A stretch of DNA of 6,334 nt. Source: a virus. This document shows, piece by piece, positions 1-5,719 of this stretch. The notes beneath the pieces were generated by a model, which had not been told where the DNA came from, made no database searches, and saw only the letters and a program-made list of their open reading frames with translations. The stretch is from the IMG/VR virus record IMGVR_UViG_3300029550_000043, positions 1 through 6,334 of that record, one strand, 5' to 3'. Made by a program: the position numbers and the translations under genes. How positions within the stretch are numbered: the first letter of the stretch is position 1; each line of letters starts with the position of its first letter.

Positions 1-99
1 GCTTTTCCTTATCGAGCCAACGGAGATTTGTATCAGCTAGCTTATGTTGAATCTCAGTAAGACCAGCCAATTGATTATAATATGAAGACTGAGAACCTA
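1..99. repeat. Terminal redundancy, left copy (assembly overlap of a circular genome)
   Basis: I compared 1-99 with 6236-6334 base by base and they are identical. This gives a unit length of 6,235 nt. Confidence 0.95.
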
Positions 100-796
100 A
101 AAGAGTATTTTGGAACTTAACAGAATCAAGTCTATCATCCATAGAATTACGTAAATACTTAGCCTCTAAAGCAGAAATATCGCCTTGTTTCTCCTTAAGA
201 CGCAAATCAGTTAAAAACTGAGCAGCAGCAAACTGATTACGTAACTTATCATAATCATTTTGCAAATCAGCGTTTTGCGCATCTGCAGTAGTCTTAGCAA
301 CATTAGCCTTTTGCAAATCATTCTGAAATGCAAACTGAGCAATCTGAGACGCAGCAGAACTAATACTATTACCCAGAGCTTGATAACCACCAGCTATTGT
401 ACTACCTACATCAGGAGCAACTTGCGTACCTGAGGTATCAGCAGTAGGAGCACTATCAGCAATACCAGCAGAACCACCATCTAACATAAGATAAGGGTTA
501 AGACCGGCAGCCTCTAATCTAGCACGCTGAGCAGAAGGTGTATTGTATTCATTCTGCAAATTCCACATACGCTCATTAAAAGCATTGTTGTCTTGAGCAA
601 TTTGATAATTCATCTGATTAGTTTCGCGAACAGCTTGAAGTTGTTTACGAGCAGCATAATGAGAACCAGAAGAACTAAAAAGACCACCAATTAAAGAACC
701 AGCACCAGCAATAGCAGCAGCACCTAAACCAGAACATTTAAGTGGACGTTGGAGCACCGAAGTGCTACCAACATCACGAAATACTAGATGTAACAT
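1..796 (-). CDS. VP2: Microviridae minor capsid / DNA pilot protein VP2, 5' portion. The gene crosses the circular junction, continues at 6235 and stops at 5877, giving 384 aa in total.
   Basis: The ATG is at 796-794, 3 nt after the stop of the upstream ORF. My own minus-strand translation stays open down to base 1: MLHLVFRDVGSTSVLQRPLKCSGLGAAAIAGAGSLIGGLFSSSGSHYAARKQLQAVRETNQMNYQIAQDNNAFNERMWNLQNEYNTPSAQRARLEAAGLNPYLML... The Gly/Ala/Ser-rich N-terminus followed by the YN-[ST]-P-x-x-Q-x-x-x-L-x-x-AGLNP block is typical of gokusho/alpavirus VP2. The frame matches track ORF 5877..6305 once 1-99 = 6236-6334 is applied (796-70 = 726, divisible by 3). The ORF is missing from the track only because it runs off the window edge. 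Confidence 0.85.
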   Translation of the reverse strand, partial: MLHLVFRDVGSTSVLQRPLKCSGLGAAAIAGAGSLIGGLFSSSGSHYAARKQLQAVRETNQMNYQIAQDNNAFNERMWNLQNEYNTPSAQRARLEAAGLNPYLMLDGGSAGIADSAPTADTSGTQVAPDVGSTIAGGYQALGNSISSAASQIAQFAFQNDLQKANVAKTTADAQNADLQNDYDKLRNQFAAAQFLTDLRLKEKQGDISALEAKYLRNSMDDRLDSVKFQNTLLGSQSSYYNQLAGLTEIQHKLADTNLRWLDKEK

Positions 797-799
797 AAG

Positions 800-1243
800 C
801 TACTCATTATTAATAGGCTCAGAATCAGAACCAAGACGTAAAACAAAATCACGCAAAGCAATATTAGCTTTACGAAGTTTTTCAGTATCCTCAGAATCCT
901 TAGCCTTTTTAACTTCATTATCCAACTCTTTCATAAAAGCTTTAGTCTTTTCAACCTTATCAGAAAGAAACTGAGTATATCTGGAATCAGTCATATCCAT
1001 TTTCTGAAAGTCATCAAGCTTATCAAAAGAAGCACGAAGTTCAGGAGACATAGAATCCTTGACCTCTTGAAGACGATTACTAATAATATCTACCATATTC
1101 TGAGACAAATTAAGTTCAGAAAGACGGGTAAGAATATAAACATCACTATGTAAACAGACAGTATCTTTATCTACTACCTGATGTTGCAACTCTTCGCCAA
1201 TAGGCTTTACATAATGCAACACACCACTTAAAGAAATATCCAT
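800..1243 (-). CDS. 147-aa acidic, probably helical protein between VP1 and VP2. It is a putative internal scaffolding (VP3-like) protein.
   Basis: Track ORF with ATG at 1243-1241 and TAG at 802-800. It shares the T-ending codon style of its neighbours. It starts 8 nt after the VP1 stop and ends 3 nt before the VP2 start. It is rich in D/E/K/L with no hydrophobic segment. The functional call rests only on position and composition, by analogy with gokushovirus VP3. Confidence 0.75.
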   Translation of the reverse strand: MDISLSGVLHYVKPIGEELQHQVVDKDTVCLHSDVYILTRLSELNLSQNMVDIISNRLQEVKDSMSPELRASFDKLDDFQKMDMTDSRYTQFLSDKVEKTKAFMKELDNEVKKAKDSEDTEKLRKANIALRDFVLRLGSDSEPINNE

Positions 1244-1251
1244 AACTAAAA

Positions 1252-3126
1252 CTATTTAGAATAAGGTAAACCATAACGCGAAAGATTACGCGTAGTATAA
1301 CACATATTGACCATGCCAACATAAAGTTGGTCATCATCACTATTTTTCGTAGAAATAAGAGCAAACATATTCTTTACAATATCAGGACGGCAAGCAAACA
1401 AATTAGGAGCGTTTAAGCCATCCCAAGTATTGAGTACATTATTTTGAATAGCATCAAAATTAATACCTGTTACCCAAGATTTGAGAGAATGACAAAAAGC
1501 ACCGTTAAAGCGGTCATAAGATGTTTTATACTCAGAATAACGGGGTGCATAACCATAAGTAGAAGACATATCAGGAAGAGAACCTGAACCCGTCTTAAAA
1601 GGCAAAAATTCATCATTATAAGGAGCAGGAGCAGCAATTTCGCAACGGAAAGTCTGCTGCATACCAATACTATCTAACTCTGGAATAACAAAATCAGAAG
1701 CATCCGTTTTAAAAAGAGTACGGTCAATACCAAGATGAGCGAAATCAAGAACAGGTGTACAACGATAAATGCCAATGACAACACCATAAGTTTTAGCGGT
1801 GAACTTAACATCGGCAGAACCATTTCCTTGTGGAGCAGCACAATAAGTAGCCTTACCACCAGTAGCAAAATTCTGATTAATTTGTTCATTAATATTAAGC
1901 ATACTACTTGCACCACCAATAAACAAAGAATTCTCATCCTTATCATTTGGCTTAATACCGAAATGAGCTTCAACTTGTGACTGAAAATCAACATCATTTG
2001 CAAGCTGGATTTCTTTGTAACGCTGAAGTGCAACAGCATTACGCAAAGCAACGATAGACATTGCAGAAGTAATAGAACCGGCAGCTATAGAATGATTATG
2101 ATGAACCTGAGAATTTTGAACTTTCAAGTTGTGACCATCAAAAGTAGAAACACTAACATTTGAAGGCATAGCCGTACCACCATCTACAAACCACGAATTA
2201 TTATCTATAGTTGTAAATGAATTATTAGTATTCTTCAAAGAAACGACAGACTCATCGCCAAACTGAGCGGTGGGGAGGACACCGGTAAAATAATCTAAAG
2301 GCAAATTACTGAAACGCATATCAAGAATGTTCATACTGTCAGCCTTTGGAGTACCAGGAATAGCCAAAAGTGCATCATCGATATTTAACAAAGACGAAGA
2401 ATTCGGCGTAAGGTAATCAACATTACATAAAGATGCCTGATAAGGCTGCCACTGTCTATAAATGTAATGGTCATTACAAATCTTATGATAAGCCAACAAT
2501 CGAAAAATAGAAAGATAAGGACTATTCTTGTATTGAACATCATTAAAATCCTTATTAGAGACTCCATTTTTACGATTAATAACATCAAATTCTGCAAACT
2601 GCTCTGGGAAATTACCATAACCAAGCAACTGAAGCAACTTAGCACTCTCTGCATGACGATAACAACCGCGAATGAACTGAGGACCATTTACCTCAACTTC
2701 AGAGGCCTTAATATATTTCAACAAATAAGCATGAAGAGTCTTATAGTTTACACAAGGCATTTGTGTAGTTACCTTAGAATCCTGAGTAAGACTAGACGCA
2801 ATACGGGAAATATCACCGTTATTAGCATTTTTGGTCATATTCATAACCTGAGAGTCGAAATACTTCCAAAGGGCAGAATAAGGAACAAAAAAGAACTGTA
2901 CATTTTCACGAAGACGCGTGAACGCATTAGACTGCAAAGGAGCAGTACGAGTAAAATAAGAACAATTTACCTTAACAGAATCGCCAGGATTAAGCTCCTG
3001 AACAAAACAAGGTAAAAGTTCACCAACCTTAGCCGTAAAAAGATTACGGTGAGAAAGGTCAAAAGAGTTTCGAGAAGGCTTATTACGCAAGCCATGCAAA
3101 CCCATAACATTTGAACGATTAGCCAT
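1252..3126 (-). CDS. VP1: Microviridae major capsid protein VP1 (phiX174 F-protein family), 624 aa
   Basis: The N-terminus MANRSNVMGLHGLRNKPSRNSFDLSHRNLFTAKVGELLPCFVQELNPGDSVKVNCSYFTRTAPLQSNAFTRLRENVQFFFVPYSALW carries the family hallmarks R-[ST]-x-FDLSH, G-x-L-x-P, E-x-x-PGD and FFVP-x-x-x-x-W. The size fits non-phiX microviruses. The ORF ends with TAG TTT TAG. Confidence 0.95.
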   Translation of the reverse strand: MANRSNVMGLHGLRNKPSRNSFDLSHRNLFTAKVGELLPCFVQELNPGDSVKVNCSYFTRTAPLQSNAFTRLRENVQFFFVPYSALWKYFDSQVMNMTKNANNGDISRIASSLTQDSKVTTQMPCVNYKTLHAYLLKYIKASEVEVNGPQFIRGCYRHAESAKLLQLLGYGNFPEQFAEFDVINRKNGVSNKDFNDVQYKNSPYLSIFRLLAYHKICNDHYIYRQWQPYQASLCNVDYLTPNSSSLLNIDDALLAIPGTPKADSMNILDMRFSNLPLDYFTGVLPTAQFGDESVVSLKNTNNSFTTIDNNSWFVDGGTAMPSNVSVSTFDGHNLKVQNSQVHHNHSIAAGSITSAMSIVALRNAVALQRYKEIQLANDVDFQSQVEAHFGIKPNDKDENSLFIGGASSMLNINEQINQNFATGGKATYCAAPQGNGSADVKFTAKTYGVVIGIYRCTPVLDFAHLGIDRTLFKTDASDFVIPELDSIGMQQTFRCEIAAPAPYNDEFLPFKTGSGSLPDMSSTYGYAPRYSEYKTSYDRFNGAFCHSLKSWVTGINFDAIQNNVLNTWDGLNAPNLFACRPDIVKNMFALISTKNSDDDQLYVGMVNMCYTTRNLSRYGLPYSK

Positions 3127-3130
3127 AATT

Positions 3131-4630
3131 TTACAAATTAGAATTAATATTTAATAAAGCAATTTGGTCACGATGTTTAATAGAACGTAAAAAACGAATC
3201 TGTTCCGAAACAGCAAAACGTGAATACTCAGAATCAGAACCATAAATATACGAACCATTAATATGTCGTAACTGATAAATGTTATAATAATTAGTACAAT
3301 AATCTTTAGAATCGAGACAATTCTCAAAATGCGAGCGTAAACAAGACAAATCCAAATACTTATAAAAATCCATATACTTACGAAAATAAGCAGTAGGAGT
3401 TAATTGACAAATACGCGCAGCAGTAAGAAATGCACGACTAGCAGAGACGCAAGAACGCAAAGCACTAAAAAGGGAAACATTTTTAGAATGCAAAACCGAA
3501 CAATATGCAAAACGCAAATAACCAAAGATATCATGATAATCAGCATGATTAAAATGATAATGGTTAAACAAACGTCTACAAATTAAAGATACTGAATCTG
3601 AATGATAAAGCACTCTTAATGTTTCGAAACACGTAAGTACTCTATATGTTTCCTCAAAAGACAAGCGGTTTGCACATGTAAATTTTGGGAAGAATCGAGA
3701 GTAATACGACCGCCAAATGGAATAAGTGTTTTCAACGCCAAAAATATCGATAAAGAATTGTCGCTTAAAAAACGAAAAGTCACCTTTTTGGATAGCTGAA
3801 ACAAAACTTTCGAGCGGTAAAATCTGACCAAGGTGATTAGAGTGATATGCTTTTTGATTTGAAAGTAATACAAGCAACTTGGGAAAATCAGAAGACTGGT
3901 TAACATACGAAGAAACGTAATTATAGGACTCTCCATTCGTACGTTTCGAATCACAAATACCGAACTGCCAGAACGGACGTAAAAAGCGAGGACATTGACA
4001 TGGACGGGAAGTTGTGCCAACGTTTTCACAAATCTCGAACGCCTGACTAAGTGCAGTCGAGTTGAAGAACAATAACAAATGCCAATGCGGACGGAGTGAT
4101 TTTGTACCGTACTCTCCAATAACGTAGAAACGAATTTTTTCACCATAATATTTATAAATATATTTTCTAATACGTTTTAAAAATAACTGAATATCTCTAT
4201 AATAAAGTAAGGCATATAAACCATGACCATAAACGCAAGATTTATGATATTTATGTTCATAATTAATCACAAAAGAGGAGTAATAATCCATTTTATCAAC
4301 AAAATCAGAATCAAAATTATAAAAATCCTCACAGAAATCATCAATAAGTGAATCATTACGCAAACGTCTAGAATATGGATAAAGCCGTATGAAGTCTTGA
4401 GAAAGTGAATCACAACCCAAGGAGAACAAAGGCAGATTATCATCATCATAAGTAAGTGTCAAAAAATAACAATACTTAGAAGTATATTCTTCGAGACGCA
4501 ATTTAAGCGAAAGAGAAGAACGCTTGTTATTCTGACAAGCAACACAATGACCACAAGGGACTTGATAAGGATAACCACGAGAATCCTTTAAAATCAAAGG
4601 CGATAAACACTTAACAAAAGACTGAATCAT
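3131..4630 (-). CDS. VP4: Rolling-circle replication initiator VP4 (HUH endonuclease superfamily, phiX174 gene A type), 499 aa
   Basis: I verified all three RCR motifs on the DNA. Motif 1 is FLTLTY (4448-4465). Motif 2 (HUH) is HWHLLLF (4067-4087). Motif 3 is the two-tyrosine YVSSYVNQ (3896-3919; compare YVAKYVNK of phiX174 A). There is also an N-terminal Cys cluster, PCGHCVAC. The ATG at 4630-4628 overlaps the TAA of the upstream ORF. Confidence 0.95.
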   Translation of the reverse strand: MIQSFVKCLSPLILKDSRGYPYQVPCGHCVACQNNKRSSLSLKLRLEEYTSKYCYFLTLTYDDDNLPLFSLGCDSLSQDFIRLYPYSRRLRNDSLIDDFCEDFYNFDSDFVDKMDYYSSFVINYEHKYHKSCVYGHGLYALLYYRDIQLFLKRIRKYIYKYYGEKIRFYVIGEYGTKSLRPHWHLLLFFNSTALSQAFEICENVGTTSRPCQCPRFLRPFWQFGICDSKRTNGESYNYVSSYVNQSSDFPKLLVLLSNQKAYHSNHLGQILPLESFVSAIQKGDFSFFKRQFFIDIFGVENTYSIWRSYYSRFFPKFTCANRLSFEETYRVLTCFETLRVLYHSDSVSLICRRLFNHYHFNHADYHDIFGYLRFAYCSVLHSKNVSLFSALRSCVSASRAFLTAARICQLTPTAYFRKYMDFYKYLDLSCLRSHFENCLDSKDYCTNYYNIYQLRHINGSYIYGSDSEYSRFAVSEQIRFLRSIKHRDQIALLNINSNL

Positions 4631-4836
4631 TAATACCTGTATTTAAAATTACGGAAATAATCACTTGAATGAAATACAGTGGTAGTATCTTGAATAATAA
4701 CTGTACCACGACCTTTAAACTCAACTGCTCTACTAGAAGAGCAAGAAGTAAGTGCAGAAATGCCAAGGTAAGAACCAATCAAACCAAGGGCATATATAAG
4801 CACCTTAATAACAATTTTCAAAACTTCTTTTTTCAT
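4630..4836 (-). CDS. 68-aa small secreted/membrane protein with a lipoprotein-type signal peptide. Function unknown.
   Basis: The track ORF 4630..4842 begins at a TTG. The ATG two codons in (4836-4834) gives MKKEVLKIVIKVLIYALGLIGSYLGISALTSCSSSRAVEFKGRGTVIIQDTTTVFHSSDYFRNFKYRY. This has a basic n-region, a long hydrophobic core and a lipobox-like L-T-S-C, with the Cys codon at 4741-4743. The stop TAA (4632-4630) shares one base with the Rep ATG, forming TAATG. Confidence 0.65.
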   Translation of the reverse strand: MKKEVLKIVIKVLIYALGLIGSYLGISALTSCSSSRAVEFKGRGTVIIQDTTTVFHSSDYFRNFKYRY

Positions 4837-4847
4837 ACACAAAAATT

Positions 4848-5063
4848 TTATATAAGTTGAAAATAATTACGAGAATCATACGAATAAATAATATCAGTAA
4901 ATGAAATTGACGGGTGAACAAAAGTATCTTTAATCATCCGAACAAAATCATCAACATAATCAACAGAAACGCCAAAATGAAGAACTCGAACTGATGAAAT
5001 ATCAGTATAAGAAATCACACAACGGAGATACTGAGATAAATGTATTTTATTTTTCCTTATCAT
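4848..5063 (-). CDS. 71-aa hypothetical protein, first gene of the minus-strand block
   Basis: Track ORF with ATG at 5063-5061 and TAA at 4850-4848, 11 nt upstream of the next gene. It has the same codon style as its neighbours. I recognise no motif in it. Confidence 0.55.
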   Translation of the reverse strand: MIRKNKIHLSQYLRCVISYTDISSVRVLHFGVSVDYVDDFVRMIKDTFVHPSISFTDIIYSYDSRNYFQLI

Positions 5064-5132
5064 AACTAACCAAAAATTTTATTTTTACATGAATAATCTA
5101 TATCAGAAACAATAAATAACTGATTTCGAGAG

Positions 5133-5140
5133 CAAAGATA
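5133..5140 (-). promoter_or_regulatory. Candidate Bacteroidota-type -7 promoter element TAnnTTTG, read as TATCTTTG on the minus strand
   Basis: This is the only exact TAnnTTTG match on the minus strand anywhere in the 813-nt non-coding region. It lies 70 nt upstream of the first ATG (5063). No good TTTG -33 box sits at the expected 19-21 nt spacing; the nearest TTTG is 33 nt away. Confidence 0.3.
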
Positions 5141-5147
5141 AACAATA

Positions 5148-5175
5148 TTTTTATATAACCGGTATTATGTAAACA
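5148..5175 (+). other. dif-like 11-6-11 site TTTTTATATAA-CCGGTA-TTATGTAAACA, a candidate XerC/XerD recombination or attP site
   Basis: The inner arms ATAA/TTAT are inverted around a 6-bp spacer. From memory, the right arm TTATGTAAACA matches the B. subtilis dif XerD-side arm TTATGTAAACT at 10/11 and the E. coli arm TTATGTTAAAT at 8/11. The left arm is AT-rich and matches only at the inner ATAA. Confidence 0.3.
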
Positions 5176-5187
5176 AATTTTAATTAA

Positions 5188-5211
5188 ATTTCACAATGTT
5201 TCACGTGAAAT
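5188..5211. promoter_or_regulatory. Perfect 12-bp palindrome TTTCACGTGAAA (5199-5210) plus one extra upstream direct copy of ATTTCAC (5188-5194). Candidate operator.
   Basis: Read directly from the sequence: ATTTCACaatgTTTCACGTGAAAT. It lies between the candidate minus-strand promoter and the plus-strand structured domain. Confidence 0.3.
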
Positions 5212-5216
5212 GCAAA

Positions 5217-5326
5217 CTCAGAAATAGCAAAATAAGACGAAAGTGTATAAATTACCACTAGATGAGCGCATCGGTAACACTATACGCTCCACCTAAATAG
5301 GTGCAGTGTCACTTTCGCTATTTGAG
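5217..5326. other. Roughly 110-nt domain closed by long-range complementarity. Candidate structured RNA or ssDNA element.
   Basis: CGAAAGTG (5238-5245) is the exact reverse complement of CACTTTCG (5310-5317). Directly outside that pair, AAATAG (5222-5227) pairs with CTATTT (5318-5323) and CTC (5217-5219) with GAG (5324-5326). Inside are the local stems GAGCG/CGCTC (5264-5268/5285-5289) and CACC/GGTG (5290-5293/5300-5303). Confidence 0.4.
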
Positions 5327-5339
5327 AACAAGAGAGAGA

Positions 5340-5371
5340 GGAATCTGGGAAAAGTAACCCAGATTTCTTTT
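5340..5371 (+). terminator. Terminator-like hairpin oriented on the plus strand, opposite to all genes
   Basis: The sequence is GGAATCTGGG-aaaagtaa-CCCAGATTTC followed by TTTT. The stem is 10 bp including one G:T, with a perfect core AATCTGGG/CCCAGATT (5342-5349/5358-5365). On the minus strand the hairpin is followed by CCTCTCTCTC, not a T-run. Confidence 0.35.
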
Positions 5372-5380
5372 AGTTAGGAG

Positions 5381-5660
5381 GATAGCAGCGCGTTTCACGC
5401 GCTATAACACGCACGGACTTCGTCCGTATGCTTGCGCGAAATGATAACCGGCGATTAGGGGGCGGTACTCGCCGCCCCCTATAACCCCTCGAGCAAGCGT
5501 GACGCTTGACCCATTTACGCTCCGCGGGGTCTGCCGACGGCTTTCTCTTTGGCATTGCCCAAAGAGAAACAGAAAGGCTAGTGTTTTTCATGGTATTGAT
5601 GAGCTGGCGCATTGAGTTGTTTGTAGCTGGGCTATCGTTTCCTTACACGGAAACTCGCGC
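5381..5660. other. GC-rich island made of multiple stem-loops. Function unknown; candidates are a complementary-strand or replication origin structure, or a structured ncRNA.
   Basis: My hand count is 153/280 G+C (about 55%), against roughly 18-40% in coding lines I sampled. Perfect hairpins are: AGCGCG-tttca-CGCGCT (5387-5403); ACGGAC-ttc-GTCCGT (5413-5427); TAGGGGGCGG-tactcg-CCGCCCCCTA (5456-5481); CAAGCG-tga-CGCTTG (5494-5508); TTTCTCTTTGG-cattgc-CCAAAGAGAAA (5542-5569); GTTTCC-ttacac-GGAAAC (5637-5654). ACCCC (5484-5488) with GGGGT (5526-5530) brackets the fourth hairpin listed. GATAGC (5381-5386) with GCTATC (5631-5636) could close the whole island. Confidence 0.5.
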
Positions 5661-5669
5661 ACTCTAGCT

Positions 5670-5713
5670 TATTAGTGTATGATTGCGCACCTATTAGTGT
5701 ATGATTGCGCACT
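5670..5713. repeat. Two tandem 22-bp direct repeats (TATTAGTGTATGATTGCGCAC + 1 nt), iteron-like
   Basis: 5670-5691 and 5692-5713 are identical at 21/22 positions. A partial third copy (ATTGCGC) starts at 5718. Confidence 0.9.
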
Positions 5714-5719
5714 TATAAT

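Noticed and set aside
794-805. The 147-aa ORF and VP2 are in the same reading frame, separated only by TAG-CTT-ATG. This raises the possibility of TAG readthrough or recoding producing a fusion protein.
   Set aside because: VP1 terminates with TAG TTT TAG, and no gene needs an in-frame TAG to stay open, so the standard code with TAG as a stop fits best. The in-frame arrangement has a 1-in-3 chance of occurring by accident.
3143-3150. ATATTAAT on the viral strand at the 3' end of VP4, identical to 8 nt of the phiX174 origin core (CAACTTGATATTAATAAC, from memory)
   Set aside because: An 8-mer made only of A and T is expected by chance in an AT-rich genome, and the flanking origin bases do not match.
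762-4860. Five plus-strand ORFs antisense to the genes (762..974, 1735..1980, 2467..3015, 3404..3586, 4669..4860)
   Set aside because: Four of the five are in the antisense frame whose first base is the complement of the sense third position (T becomes A). Those codons read ANN and cannot be stops, and the products are low-complexity I/N/K/R/T/S-rich. They are shadow ORFs of the T-ending codon bias, and the fifth is only 70 aa.
5196-5261. 21-aa basic plus-strand mini-ORF (MFHVKCKLRNSKIRRKCINYH) starting inside the palindrome region
   Set aside because: It is too short to support, lies on the non-coding strand, overlaps the putative structured domain, and has no translation signal. I list it only as an alternative reading of that region.
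5376-5381. Strong Shine-Dalgarno-like AGGAGG on the plus strand at the edge of the GC island
   Set aside because: No ATG, GTG or TTG lies within the following 5-12 nt, and no plus-strand ORF follows.
5596-5654. Hammerhead-like fragments: UUGAUGAG at 5596-5603 and GAAAC at 5650-5654, plus GAUGAG at 5261-5266
   Set aside because: The invariant C of CUGAUGA is missing, and the sequence between the boxes does not form stem II (AGCTGG is repeated directly, not inverted). I also saw no twister, pistol, hatchet or HDV-like core.
5670-5713. Possible mini-CRISPR array or solitary CRISPR-repeat mimic, based on the 22-bp repeats and on the nearby hairpin that ends in GGAAAC on the viral strand
   Set aside because: The repeats are directly tandem with no spacers, are shorter than typical CRISPR repeats, and number only two. 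I cannot match them to any repeat family from memory. An RNA anti-CRISPR mimic cannot be excluded without searching host CRISPR repeats.
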